From Candidatus Binatia bacterium (GTDB lineage: Bacteria; Desulfobacterota; Binatia; Bin18), in assembly GCA_963664395.2 (NCBI GenBank), contig OY761159.2, forward strand, positions 4,096,001-4,160,000: DNA of 64,000 nt. Reading direction: 5' to 3'. The notes beneath the pieces are model-generated. The model was not told the DNA's origin. It searched no databases and was given only the letters and a program-made list of their open reading frames with translations. Positions 1 through 9,873 of the stretch are shown piece after piece (positions within the stretch are counted from its first letter, which is position 1; the number at the start of each line of letters is the position of its first letter). Position numbers and translations under genes: made by a program.

Positions 1-192
1 AAAGAGCACGAACCGCTGGTGACAGAAAAAATTATCCGGGCGACGACCCTGACCGGGACAAAAGAAGAAGTGCTGGAATCGGTTAAGGCCATGAAGAAAG
101 CCGGCATCAATCAGGTCGCGGTCCAGCCGGTGACGGATGCCCGCGAAACCATTGACGCCTTCGCCAAGGCTGTGATTCGCAAACTGAAATAG
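1..192 (+). CDS. C-terminal end of a probable LLM-class (luciferase-like) flavin-dependent oxidoreductase, partial
   Basis: Frame 1 reads KEHEPLVTEKIIRATTLTGTKEEVLESVKAMKKAGINQVAVQP...IDAFAKAVIRKLK* (TAG 190-192), resembling the GTxEEV..L....AG C-terminus of LLM enzymes. Confidence 0.55.
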   Translation, partial: KEHEPLVTEKIIRATTLTGTKEEVLESVKAMKKAGINQVAVQPVTDARETIDAFAKAVIRKLK

Positions 193-232
193 AGGAAATA
201 GAGGAAATAACAGCCTGGGAGGAAAACCGTGC

Positions 233-667
233 CTATCGCTGCGAAGCGTACGGAACGAGCACGGCGGTGCCGGTAATGGCGCGCTCGCTGTGCTCGTTCT
301 CAACGACCAGGTCGCAGTATACGGTCGGTACGCCGTCTTCCTCGTTTTTCTCGGTAATCATGCCCCACAGCGCAATCGTGTCGCCGTGGCGCACGGGTGT
401 GCGAAAGGTCGTGTTCAGGCTGCGCAGCCGCCAGCCCACAAAAAAGTCTTGGAGCATTTGACATAAATACGTGGTGTTCAAAGGGCCGGGAATAATCGGC
501 TTGGTCAGCCCGGCCTGCTCAGCATCCTTCTTATGAAAGAAGAATTTCAGGCCGGTGATCCGGACCGCCTCGGCGTAGTTCAGTACGTCTGCCTTGGTCG
601 GCGTTTTGTAGACCGGTCCGATCTCGTCACCGATCTCTATAGCGTCAAAGGATTTTGGCTGCTGCAT
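233..667 (-). CDS. MaoC/PaaZ-like hotdog-fold dehydratase
   Basis: 144 aa; AEQAGLTKPIIPG and FRTPVRHGDTI hotdog motifs. Confidence 0.8.
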   Translation of the reverse strand: MQQPKSFDAIEIGDEIGPVYKTPTKADVLNYAEAVRITGLKFFFHKKDAEQAGLTKPIIPGPLNTTYLCQMLQDFFVGWRLRSLNTTFRTPVRHGDTIALWGMITEKNEEDGVPTVYCDLVVENEHSERAITGTAVLVPYASQR

Positions 668-685
668 TGTTTCCTACCGGGCTTC

Positions 686-1628
686 CTACTGGAACACGGG
701 CATGACTTCGGTGGCGAAAATTTTGAGCGTGGCCAGAAAATCATCCTGAGCTATATCGCTGAACATCATGGTGAACAGCGTTACGCCTTTTTTATTTTTC
801 TCCTTCAATGCTTCAATGACGCCGTCCGGGTCGCCGCACACGCCGCATTTGTCGAGGTTGGCCAGCCGGCCCAGGGTCTTTTTGGCCCGAGGGTATTTGC
901 TGTCAAAATCTTGTTGGTCTTTCCCCAGCACGACCAGCGTCTGTTCCGATATCTCAATTTCTTCCGGGTTGCGGCCGATGGTTTTGCAATGGTCGGTAAT
1001 CACCGCCCACTTCTGCTCGATTTTATGCGCTGCGGCCGCCGGACAATTCCAGCGGTCGGCGTGCTCGGCAACAATCTTGAGCCCCTTGTGCTCGGCCATC
1101 GCACCAATCGTAATGGGCGGGTAGGGCTTCTGAACTGGTTTGGGATTACAGTGCGCCTCCGCGATTGTGTAGTGTTCGCCCGCATACGAGGCGGCGTCTT
1201 CAGTAAACATTTTTTTCATGATTACGACGCCTTCTCTCATCTGATCCGCTCGGGTGCCACCGGACGGAAAGGGATAGCCGTAGGCTTCATACTCCTCATT
1301 CATCCAGCCGGCTCCCAAACCTATTTCTACCCGGCCTGCACTGATGTTGTCCAAACTGGCCGCCATCTTGGCCAGAAAGGCGGGGTTCCGATAGGAGTTG
1401 CAGCACCAGGCCGCCGATGCGGAGCGTGGTGGTGACCATGGCCATGGACGACATGACCGTCCAGCCCTCCAGGAAATCGACCTGGGTCATCCCCCGCGGC
1501 CACATGTGATCGGTAAACCAGATAGAGTGAAAACCGTACTCCTCGCAGGCAAGCGCCCGTTCCTTGAGCAACGGAAACGGCAGGCCGATTTGGGGCTGAA
1601 AAAGACCAAATTGAATCGGGCGGGCCAT
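686..1628 (-). pseudogene. LLM-class (F420/FMN-dependent) oxidoreductase split by a frameshift near 1400-1403
   Basis: N-half (1628-~1401: FHSIWFTDH...TTTLRIGGLVL) and C-half (NSYRNPAFLAKMAASLDNISAGRVEIGLGAGW) join if 2 nt are restored (ctg-[tg]c-aac = L-C-N). Confidence 0.8.
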
Positions 1629-1743
1629 AGTATTCTCCTCTCGTGCGTCAGGGCGTGTAGTCTGCTCGGTACTGCCTCTCCAACAGGCTTATTATCGTCT
1701 CGACCGCGCGGCGTCTATTGCCGCGGCAACGAGGGGTTTTACC

Positions 1744-1772
1744 TTGACAATCATGAGGACCACAGACAAGAT
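1744..1772 (+). promoter_or_regulatory. Candidate sigma70 promoter for the acyl-CoA dehydrogenase operon
   Basis: TTGACA (1744-1749), 17-bp spacer, CAAGAT (1767-1772). Confidence 0.4.
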
Positions 1773-1846
1773 GCCCAAAACGCTAAAAACGCCCAAGGGC
1801 ATAAGACGAGTACAATCTTGTCTAACGTTGCTGGAGTGAGACCGCT

Positions 1847-2995
1847 ATGGATTTTGAACTGACGCAAGAACAGCTAATGATCCGCGACCTGTGTCGTGAT
1901 TTCGCCAAGAAAGAAATCGCCCCATACGCAGACGAATGGTCCGCCACGGAGTATTTCCCGACTGAGGTCTTTCAAAAGCTCGCCGAGTTGCAGTTGATGG
2001 GACTGCTCATCCCCGAGGAATATGGAGGCTCCAACGCCGGCACCATGGGCATGGTCATGGCGATTGAGGAGTTGGGCAAGGTCGATCAGTCGATTGCCAC
2101 CACCCTCCAGGCCCACTTGACCATAGGCTCGCTGCCGTATCTGCACTTTGGTACGGACGAGCAAAAGAAAAAATGGCTGACTCCCCTGGCCACGGGCAAA
2201 CACTTAGGCGCATTCGGCCTGACCGAACCCCAGGCCGGCTCTGATGCCGCTAACATTATGACCACGTCTCGTCTCGACGGTGATTGCTGGGTTGTGAATG
2301 GCACCAAGAGTTTTATCTCAAACGCGGGTACGCCGCTGAGTTACGGCCTGGTTGCGCTCACGACGAATGGCAGCAGCGACAACGGTAAAAAACAATACAG
2401 CGCGCTGATTATTCCCAAGGGTACGCCCGGTTATACAGTCGGCCAGCGGTATAAAAAAATAGGCTGGCATACGGTCGATACGCGGGAGCAGGTGTTTGAG
2501 GATGTCCGCGTACCGCGTGAAAATCTCCTGGGCGAGCAAGGCTCGGGCTTTCGGGCGTTTCTGAAGACGCTCGAATGCGGACGTATTTCAGTCGCTACGC
2601 TCGGCCTGTCGTTGGCCGAAGCCTGCCTGGATTTGTCGCTCAGGTATGCCTTGGAGCGCAAAACCTTTGGCCAGCCCTTGGCCTCACATCAGGCTATCCA
2701 GTTCAAATTGGCCGACATGGCGACCCAGGCTGAGATGGCGCGGCTGATGATCTACCGTGCTGCCACGCTGCGCGACGAAGGGAAACCCTACGCCAAAGAG
2801 GCGGCCATGGCGAAGCTGGCTTCGTCTGAAATCGCAGTGAAGACGGCCGAAGAAGCCGTCCAGATTCACGGCGGGTACGGCTATATGCGCGAATCACCAG
2901 TCTCCCGTTTCTATCTGGACTCAAAAATTCTCACCATCGGTGAAGGAACCAGCGAAGTGCAGCGGATGGTGATTGCCAGGCAGTTGGGTTGTTAA
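1847..2995 (+). CDS. Acyl-CoA dehydrogenase
   Basis: GAFGLTEPQAGSDA, NGTKSFISN, QIHGGYGY, IGEGTSEVQR motifs; GGAG RBS. Confidence 0.95.
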   Translation: MDFELTQEQLMIRDLCRDFAKKEIAPYADEWSATEYFPTEVFQKLAELQLMGLLIPEEYGGSNAGTMGMVMAIEELGKVDQSIATTLQAHLTIGSLPYLHFGTDEQKKKWLTPLATGKHLGAFGLTEPQAGSDAANIMTTSRLDGDCWVVNGTKSFISNAGTPLSYGLVALTTNGSSDNGKKQYSALIIPKGTPGYTVGQRYKKIGWHTVDTREQVFEDVRVPRENLLGEQGSGFRAFLKTLECGRISVATLGLSLAEACLDLSLRYALERKTFGQPLASHQAIQFKLADMATQAEMARLMIYRAATLRDEGKPYAKEAAMAKLASSEIAVKTAEEAVQIHGGYGYMRESPVSRFYLDSKILTIGEGTSEVQRMVIARQLGC

Positions 2996-3009
2996 GAACG
3001 GAGATTTCT

Positions 3010-3777
3010 ATGACACTTCCATATTTTGATCTTTCTGGAAAAACGGCCATTATCACCGGTGGCAGTAAGGGCCTTGGGGAACAAATGGCCTATGCCTTGG
3101 CTGAGGCGGGGGCTGATGTTGCGATCGTCAGCCGTACGCAGGCTGACCTCGACGCCGTATCGTCTGCTGTCCATGCAGCAACCGGGCGCAACGTGGTTGG
3201 TGTTGCCGCGGATGTCACCAAAGACGCCGATATTCAGGCCATGGTGCAGGCGGTTATGGCTGAATTCGGTCAGATCGATATTTTGATTAACAACGCCGGT
3301 ATCGGGGGGACGACCCCGATGCATGAGCTGACCGAAGAAGAGTGGGATCGTTTTATGAACCTGAACCTCAAGGGCCCCGTTCTATGCTCCAAGCATGTCG
3401 GGGTAGAGATGGCCAAACGCAAAAAGGGCAATATTATCAACGTGTCTTCTCTGTTCTCGAAAATTGTCGCGCGTTATATGGCAGCCTACGGTGCGACCAA
3501 AGCCGCTCTGGTGTCTTTTACCCGGACCCTGGCCCTCGAATGGGCCCGAGATAATATCCGCGTGAACGCCTTGTGTCCGGGGTATTTTGATACCCCCATG
3601 AACCACGCATTTTGGGAGACCAAGGGGGGCAAGGGGATTATAAGCAGAATCCCGATGCAGCGGGTTGGTGATCCTAAAGAACTCAAACCGGCGATTATCT
3701 TTCTGTCCTCGGACGCAAATACCTTCATGACCGGTACGACGCTCTTCGTTGACGGCGGACATAGTCTGGTTGGGTAA
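3010..3777 (+). CDS. SDR-family oxidoreductase (FabG/gluconate 5-dehydrogenase-like)
   Basis: TGGSKGLG, NNAG, YGATK, VNALCPG; ATG at 3010. Confidence 0.93.
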   Translation: MTLPYFDLSGKTAIITGGSKGLGEQMAYALAEAGADVAIVSRTQADLDAVSSAVHAATGRNVVGVAADVTKDADIQAMVQAVMAEFGQIDILINNAGIGGTTPMHELTEEEWDRFMNLNLKGPVLCSKHVGVEMAKRKKGNIINVSSLFSKIVARYMAAYGATKAALVSFTRTLALEWARDNIRVNALCPGYFDTPMNHAFWETKGGKGIISRIPMQRVGDPKELKPAIIFLSSDANTFMTGTTLFVDGGHSLVG

Positions 3778-3803
3778 GCTGATACGGAAACCGGGAGGAA
3801 AGT

Positions 3804-5117
3804 ATGGAACCCTGGCAGCATACGTATAAGGACAAACTCATCTCAGCCGAACAGGCCGCGCACCTCGTCAAGTCGGACAGTTTGGTCCGTCTGCATATCG
3901 GCAAACCGCCCATCCCCATTCTGGATGCCTTGGCCGCGCGCAATGGAGAGCTGGCACAGGTGACCCTCATCCAGTGTTATCCGCTGTACGAGCACCCCAT
4001 CTGGAACGAGGCCGCCTACGACGCCTCGTTCAATCGGATTGTTGATTACGTTGGGGCCGGCTGCCGTGAGGGTATGAAAAAGCACTATGTGGATTTCATG
4101 CCGCTCGACTATCCCCAGTATGCCAAGCAGGCCGAACAGGGCCGGACCAATACCTGGAACGCCGACATCTTCTTTGGTGTGATCTCGCCGCCGGATGAAA
4201 AAGGCTATTGCAGTTTCGGCAATGCCCTCTGGTACAACAAGGACGTGGCCAAGGCTGCCAAGTGTTTTGTCGCGGAAGTCGACCCGGCCTGTATTCGCAC
4301 CCACGGCGATAATTGGATTCATGCGTCTGAGATCGACTATCTGGTCGAGGAGACCAAGCCGTTTCCGTTTGGGACCCCACCGCCGCCGGACGAGGAACAG
4401 GGCACTTTAGAGGTCATTGGCGAATTTGCCTCAACCCTGATTAAGGACGGCGACACCGTCCAAATGGGCATTGGCGCGATCTCCGAAGCCATTGGCCTGT
4501 TTCTCATGGATCGGAACGATCTGGGGATTCATAGCGAAATCATGACCGCCAGCCATGTTGAACTGGTCAAGCGCGGCGTGGCGACCGGCAAATACAAATC
4601 GATGCATAAAGGCAAGGCGGTCGCGGCCATGGTCGTTGGCGGCGCAGATTTGGAATTCGTGAATAACAACCCGGCCTTTGAGTTGTACAGCGTGCTGTAT
4701 ACGAACTCCCTGCTGACCATTGCCGCCCAGAAGAGTCAGGTCGCTGTGAACAGCACTCTGTCTATCGACTTGACCGGTCAGGCCGCGGCCGAGTCGATCG
4801 GCCCGCAGATGTATTCCGGTATCGGCGGGCAGATGACGTTTATGATGGGCTCGATGTACTCGGACGGGGGGCGCTCCATCATGGTGCTGCCGTCCACGGC
4901 GCGCAGAGGTTCACTGTCCCGCATTGTTCCCATGCTGGAGCCGGGGAGTACGCTGACCACGCCCCGCCAGTACACGGACTATGTGGTGACGGAATTTGGT
5001 ATGGTGAATCTTCAGGGGAAAACGCAACGCCAGCGCGCCGAGTCCCTGATTAGTATCGCGCATCCCGACTTTCAGCCTGAGTTGCAACACGCGGCAAAGA
5101 AAATGTTCTGGCCCTAG
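3804..5117 (+). CDS. Acetyl-CoA hydrolase/4-hydroxybutyrate CoA-transferase family protein
   Basis: DGDTVQMGIG, DLGIHSE, IDLTGQ..AESIG..YSGIGGQ, DYVVTEFG, LISIAHPDF. Confidence 0.92.
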   Translation: MEPWQHTYKDKLISAEQAAHLVKSDSLVRLHIGKPPIPILDALAARNGELAQVTLIQCYPLYEHPIWNEAAYDASFNRIVDYVGAGCREGMKKHYVDFMPLDYPQYAKQAEQGRTNTWNADIFFGVISPPDEKGYCSFGNALWYNKDVAKAAKCFVAEVDPACIRTHGDNWIHASEIDYLVEETKPFPFGTPPPPDEEQGTLEVIGEFASTLIKDGDTVQMGIGAISEAIGLFLMDRNDLGIHSEIMTASHVELVKRGVATGKYKSMHKGKAVAAMVVGGADLEFVNNNPAFELYSVLYTNSLLTIAAQKSQVAVNSTLSIDLTGQAAAESIGPQMYSGIGGQMTFMMGSMYSDGGRSIMVLPSTARRGSLSRIVPMLEPGSTLTTPRQYTDYVVTEFGMVNLQGKTQRQRAESLISIAHPDFQPELQHAAKKMFWP

Positions 5118-5140
5118 GGCCAAACAGCGGCCCGCCACCG

Positions 5141-6433
5141 ATGGGAGAAAAATTTCGAGTGTGTTGGTCCAAAACCCTTCCGGACATAGGGGCAGCCCCA
5201 CGGGGCTACCTTTTTCGTCGGAGCGTCGCCCGCAGTGCTCTCACAGGGCTGGCTGTGTTGCTTGTTCTGCTCCTTCCTCTGCCGACATGGCCCCAAACGG
5301 TTGATGAACTGCTTTCTAATCCGGTAGCCTTTGACAGGCAAGGGGTCAAAGTTACCGGTCAAGTAACAACCCTCATCGTTGAGGAAGGTGAAAAACCGTA
5401 CACCAAGTTTAAGCTTGGAGACACGGACCAGACGATCCCGGTCTTTATGCGTGGCGCCCAGGCGCTGACCGAAGGCGAGTCGTATGAAGTTGATGGGGTG
5501 TTTCTGGTCAAACCGTCCAGTGACGGTTCAGAGCAGATCAGTGGGATTGTGGGCCAGGCCGTTCTTCCCCTTCTTCTCCTGGAAGAAGAGTCAATGGAGG
5601 TAGCGGAAGAGGAAACGGCCGAGGCCTTGGAGCCGCAAGAACTGGAAGACCCGCAGGCGGAATCTGAAGTGACCGCTGCTGCAATCGATCTCTTGGTAGG
5701 TGAGCTGTTAGATGATCCGGTTGTGTTTGACCGGCAGGCGATCAGCGTTTCGGGTGAAATAACGACGCTGGTAATCGAAGCCGGGGACAATCCCTCCACC
5801 AAGTTCAAGCTGCAGGACGCAAGTGGCGAGATCCCGGTTTTTATGCGTGGCGTCCAGCCACTGACTGAAGGTGAGTCATATGAGGTGGATGGCGTGTTCC
5901 TGGTGAAGCCGACAAACGATGGGGCAGGCGAGGTGGGCGGGATTGTGGCAAGGACGGTTGAACCTGTTGAATCGGGAACAGCTTCGGTCCTGGCCGCCGA
6001 GGCTTCTACAGACAAGAAGGCTGCGCCCCCCGTCTACAAGGCTCCAGCCTATGCGGTTCGAGATCTCCTGGCCGACCAGTCGAATTTTGATCGCCGCTTC
6101 GTGAGTGTGACCGGACAAGTGACAACCCTCACCACCCGCTATGGGGAAAGGACGTACCAGAAGTTCAAGCTTACAGATGAGAGCGGTACGATCCCGGTTT
6201 TCATTCCAGGGACTTCCTCGTGTGAGCAAGGTCAGATTTGTAAAGTCACCGGGGTGTTCTTAATTAAAAGAACACAAGATGGAGAGTCTGAGATCAGTGG
6301 GATTAAGGCCGATGCCGTCGAGAAGGTGGATGATGCGCCGTATCGGGAATGGATAAGTGTGGTGTTTCAGGATCAGTTGGGAAGAACGGGTCCCAACCGC
6401 AGGTTGCCAGGGGGATTTGCGTTCCAGGAATAA
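5141..6433 (+). CDS. Exported protein with three tandem OB-fold-like repeats (start uncertain)
   Basis: Signal-like segment LTGLAVLLVLLLPLPTWP; three ~75-aa repeats VxELL.DP..FDR..V.V.G.VTTL....KFKL.D..G.IPVF..G....G....V.GVFL.K; acidic linker. Confidence 0.7.
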   Translation: MGEKFRVCWSKTLPDIGAAPRGYLFRRSVARSALTGLAVLLVLLLPLPTWPQTVDELLSNPVAFDRQGVKVTGQVTTLIVEEGEKPYTKFKLGDTDQTIPVFMRGAQALTEGESYEVDGVFLVKPSSDGSEQISGIVGQAVLPLLLLEEESMEVAEEETAEALEPQELEDPQAESEVTAAAIDLLVGELLDDPVVFDRQAISVSGEITTLVIEAGDNPSTKFKLQDASGEIPVFMRGVQPLTEGESYEVDGVFLVKPTNDGAGEVGGIVARTVEPVESGTASVLAAEASTDKKAAPPVYKAPAYAVRDLLADQSNFDRRFVSVTGQVTTLTTRYGERTYQKFKLTDESGTIPVFIPGTSSCEQGQICKVTGVFLIKRTQDGESEISGIKADAVEKVDDAPYREWISVVFQDQLGRTGPNRRLPGGFAFQE

Positions 6434-6463
6434 GGGCGACGGGGGCGCCGCCCTGACGAGATG

Positions 6464-6853
6464 TTAGCCAACCAGAATCTCTTTGGCGTGAATCGTATCC
6501 AGGTATTCCCGCACGGCCTGAATCTTGCCGTCGTTCAGTTCAATCATGAAGTGATACTGGTTGTTGTAGACTTTGCCGTTGGCGAGTTCGCCATACGACT
6601 CCGCTTCCACCGCAACCCGGTCGCCTTCGGCAATCACACCCTTGGGCGTGATTTTGAGGCCGTTCGGCATAGCCGCGCCGATCCCTTTCACCAGTTCGCC
6701 GAACTCCGTTTTGGTTTTGGTGCCGGACAGCTCGAACTTGCCGGCCACCCACCACGTGGCATCGTCAGCCATCATGCCCAGCGCCTCCTCAAATTTCCCG
6801 GCTGAAAAATTCTCAAAGAAACCTAAGACAACGCCTTTATTCGCTTCGCTCAT
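6464..6853 (-). CDS. SnoaL-like/NTF2-family protein
   Basis: MSEANKGVV..FF, ADDATWW, IAEGDRVAVE, NGKVYNNQY, VREYLDT; AGGAGG RBS. Confidence 0.9.
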   Translation of the reverse strand: MSEANKGVVLGFFENFSAGKFEEALGMMADDATWWVAGKFELSGTKTKTEFGELVKGIGAAMPNGLKITPKGVIAEGDRVAVEAESYGELANGKVYNNQYHFMIELNDGKIQAVREYLDTIHAKEILVG

Positions 6854-7063
6854 ACGCGACCTCCTTTGCGCTGCATCGTCACAACGATGCAGGTCGGGGT
6901 AAGATTCCCCCTTATAGCCCACATGCCCGAGCCTGCGCAAGCGAAGCGGCGAACGGGGCAGGTCTAACCAATTGAGCCTCCACGGGTGACAGTCGCTTTA
7001 GTTCTGCAGTGCTTTAGCTAGCGACTGCAGCGCCGAAGACGGATGAGCACCTGTACGAGCAGC

Positions 7064-7095
7064 ATTTGTCCATTCATCATTGATGAAAGACAAAT
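7064..7095. promoter_or_regulatory. Inverted repeat downstream of ilvD (operator-like or terminator)
   Basis: ATTTGTC-ca-TTCATCA-t-TGATGAA-a-GACAAAT; a second hairpin CTGCAGT..ACTGCAG lies at 7004-7030. Confidence 0.4.
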
Positions 7096-7104
7096 ATTTC
7101 TTTA

Positions 7105-8790
7105 TCAACTATTGCCCGGCTGGGTCACCGCGCCTTCGGAGGCGGAGGTGACTTGGGCCGCATACTTGGCGAACACGCCGGAGGTGTAACGCGGGGCCGG
7201 TGGTTGCCAGGCATCCAAGCGGGTTTGTATCTCAGCATCGCTCAACTCAACATTGAGCTGGCGATTTTCAATATCGATCACCACCATGTTGCCTTCCCGG
7301 AGAATAGCGATAGGACCGCCAACCGCGGCTTCCGGCGCAATATGACCGGCCATGAGACCCCGCGTCGCTCCGCTGAAGCGTCCGTCCGTGATTAAGGCCA
7401 CAGAGTCGCCGAGTCCCTCACCAACGATGGCCGCGGTCACGCCTAACATCTCTCGCATGCCCGGCCCGCCTTTCGGACCTTCATAGCGAATAACTACGAC
7501 ATCGCCTTCTTTGACGTGACGTTGCGTGACCGCGGCCATTGCATCTTCTTCACACTCGAAGAGACACGCCGGCCCCCGGTGATACTGACGCTCATGCCCG
7601 GCGACTTTGATGACGCAGCCGTCAGGCGCAAGATTCCCCCGCAGAATGACCAGACCGCCGGTGGCTTTGAGGGGATTGACCAGCGGCAGAATGACATCCT
7701 GGCCCGGTGTTTCAACGGCCTTTGCCGCCTCAACCGCAAGAGTTTCTCCGCTGGCGGTCAGTTGTCCGCCGTCAATCAGGCCGCCGTCAACCAAGCGCTG
7801 GGCAATCAATTGGATGCCGCCGGCTTTATCTACATCAGTAGCAACATATTTCCCGCCGGGTTTGAGGTCGGCAATAAGCGGGGTGCGGCGACTGACCGCA
7901 TCAAAATCGTCAATACCGAGCGGAATCTCGGCTTCCCGCGCCATTGCCAGTAAATGCAGCACCGCGTTAGTTGACCCGCCGGTTGCGGCCACACAGGCAA
8001 TGGCGTTCTCAAACGCCTGACGGGTCAAGATGTCCAGCGGCCGAATATTTTTGTGGAGCAGGTCCATTACGAGCTGTCCGCACTGGACCGCGACCGCGTC
8101 TTTGCGCGCATCGGTTGCCGGAACGCTGCCCGTGCCCATGGGCGACAGGCCGATGAATTCCATGACGGTGGCCATGGTGTTGGCGGTATACTGTCCCCCG
8201 CAGGCCCCGGCCCCCGGACAGGCGAAGTCTTCGATATGTTTGAGGTCGGTGTCACTCATGCGTCCGGCGGCATTGGCTCCAATGGCCTCGAACACGTCCT
8301 GAATGGTCACGTCTCTGTCCTGAAAGCGGCCAGGTGCGATCGAACCGCCATACAACAGCAGCCCTGGGATATTGAGGCGGGTCAGGGCGAGTGCCCCGGC
8401 GGGAATGGTCTTGTCGCAGCCCACGATAATGACCATGGCATCGAACAAATAGCCCCGACCGACCAGCTCAAGCGAGTCGGCAATGACCTCTCGGCTGACG
8501 AGGGAGGCTTTCATACCAACCGTCCCCATGGTGACGGCATCACTGATGGAGATGGTATTGATTTCCATGGGCGTGCCCCCAGCCTCCCGCACGCCCTGCT
8601 TGACCTTGTCTGCCAGATGGCGCTGGTTGAAATTGCACGGCATGGTTTCAATCCAGGTATGCGCCACGCCGACCAGCGGTTTGGCCAGATCGTCATCCGT
8701 AAAGCCGATGGCCTTGAACATGGAGCGCGCCCCGGCGCGGTCGCGGCCCTCGGTAATGATGTGACTGGAGTGTTTGGGATTGAAAGCCAT
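7105..8790 (-). CDS. ilvD: Dihydroxy-acid dehydratase
   Basis: PCN, GCDKT, CPGAGACGGQYTANTM, GGSTNAVLHL, YEGPKGGPGMREM, TDGRFSG. Confidence 0.97.
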   Translation of the reverse strand: MAFNPKHSSHIITEGRDRAGARSMFKAIGFTDDDLAKPLVGVAHTWIETMPCNFNQRHLADKVKQGVREAGGTPMEINTISISDAVTMGTVGMKASLVSREVIADSLELVGRGYLFDAMVIIVGCDKTIPAGALALTRLNIPGLLLYGGSIAPGRFQDRDVTIQDVFEAIGANAAGRMSDTDLKHIEDFACPGAGACGGQYTANTMATVMEFIGLSPMGTGSVPATDARKDAVAVQCGQLVMDLLHKNIRPLDILTRQAFENAIACVAATGGSTNAVLHLLAMAREAEIPLGIDDFDAVSRRTPLIADLKPGGKYVATDVDKAGGIQLIAQRLVDGGLIDGGQLTASGETLAVEAAKAVETPGQDVILPLVNPLKATGGLVILRGNLAPDGCVIKVAGHERQYHRGPACLFECEEDAMAAVTQRHVKEGDVVVIRYEGPKGGPGMREMLGVTAAIVGEGLGDSVALITDGRFSGATRGLMAGHIAPEAAVGGPIAILREGNMVVIDIENRQLNVELSDAEIQTRLDAWQPPAPRYTSGVFAKYAAQVTSASEGAVTQPGNS

Positions 8791-9011
8791 ACGTCCCTCC
8801 TTGGATGGCAAAAAAAAGATAGCAAAAAAATAACATTCTCTTCCTGCTCTATAGTCTTGTCAGACGACTCAGTGCAAGCCTTTGCCCCAGCCTTCACTCT
8901 TGACAGTCGAGAGTCATCTTATAGCTTGTGGACGACTCTGGCCGAACCGTTGGCCGCCTCGGGACTATTTGGTCACGCCAGCGTTATCGGTATGAAAGAA
9001 AAGGGGGGAGT

Positions 9012-9842
9012 ATGCTTGAAACAATCGCTTCCGGGTATGGACTGCTTGAAGGGCCGCGGGTGGACGGCGCGGACAATTTGTATTTCAGTGATGTGACCAA
9101 TGGCGGTGTGTACTGTCGGGCCCCAAGCGGAGAGATATCCACTGTTGTTCCGCGTCGGCGCGGAGTCGGCGGCATCGCCCTACATGCCGACGGCGGCTTG
9201 GTCATCTCCGGGAAAAACGTGTGTCACGTCAAAGACGGCACAACGCGCATCCTGTTCCAGCGCGAGGATATTCCCGGCTTTAATGATCTCTTTACGGATT
9301 CCCAGGGCCGTATCCTGGTCGGCTCACTGCGCTCCGATCCCTTCAAGCTGAAGGCCCAGGTCCCGGGTGAACTGTGGCGGCTGGCGGGCGAGGACTCGGC
9401 GGTTGAACTGTACGGCGATGTCGGTATCACCAACGGCATTGGCTTCTCACCGGACGGCAGCAAGCTGTATCACTCCGACAGTGTGCCGCGTCATATTATT
9501 CTGCACGATGTTGCGGCTGACGGCTCCATGACGAATCGCCGCATTCTCGCCAGTCTGCCCGCGGATTGGGTGCCGGATGGACTGGCGGTTGATGCAGACG
9601 GCTGCGTGTGGGTCGCTGTCTATGGTGGTGGCTGTGCCCTGCGCTACACACCTGAGGGCAAGGAAGACCGGAAGGTTGAGGTTCCGGCCAAGGCGGTCAC
9701 GAGTTTGTGTTTTGGAGGTACAGACCGGCGTGAGCTGTATATTGTTACGGCAGACAATACCGCAGAGCCGGCCCGCAAGGGAACGATTTTCCATACGCGG
9801 GTGGATGTCCCCGGTCTGGCGGTGACGCCGGCAAACATTTAG
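9012..9842 (+). CDS. SMP-30/gluconolactonase/LRE family protein
   Basis: EGP, FND, NGIGFSPD, PDGLAVD, TSLCFGG beta-propeller motifs. Confidence 0.92.
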   Translation: MLETIASGYGLLEGPRVDGADNLYFSDVTNGGVYCRAPSGEISTVVPRRRGVGGIALHADGGLVISGKNVCHVKDGTTRILFQREDIPGFNDLFTDSQGRILVGSLRSDPFKLKAQVPGELWRLAGEDSAVELYGDVGITNGIGFSPDGSKLYHSDSVPRHIILHDVAADGSMTNRRILASLPADWVPDGLAVDADGCVWVAVYGGGCALRYTPEGKEDRKVEVPAKAVTSLCFGGTDRRELYIVTADNTAEPARKGTIFHTRVDVPGLAVTPANI

Positions 9843-9873
9843 CGCGTAGGGTGGGGACCTCCGGCACTCGACT

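Noticed and set aside
1400-1403. Programmed ribosomal frameshift in the LLM gene
   Set aside because: No slippery heptamer or stimulatory structure seen; a simple dinucleotide loss explains it.
533-1435. 300-aa plus-strand ORF
   Set aside because: Antisense shadow of the LLM and MaoC genes; no motifs.
8053-9096. 347-aa plus-strand ORF
   Set aside because: Antisense shadow of ilvD.
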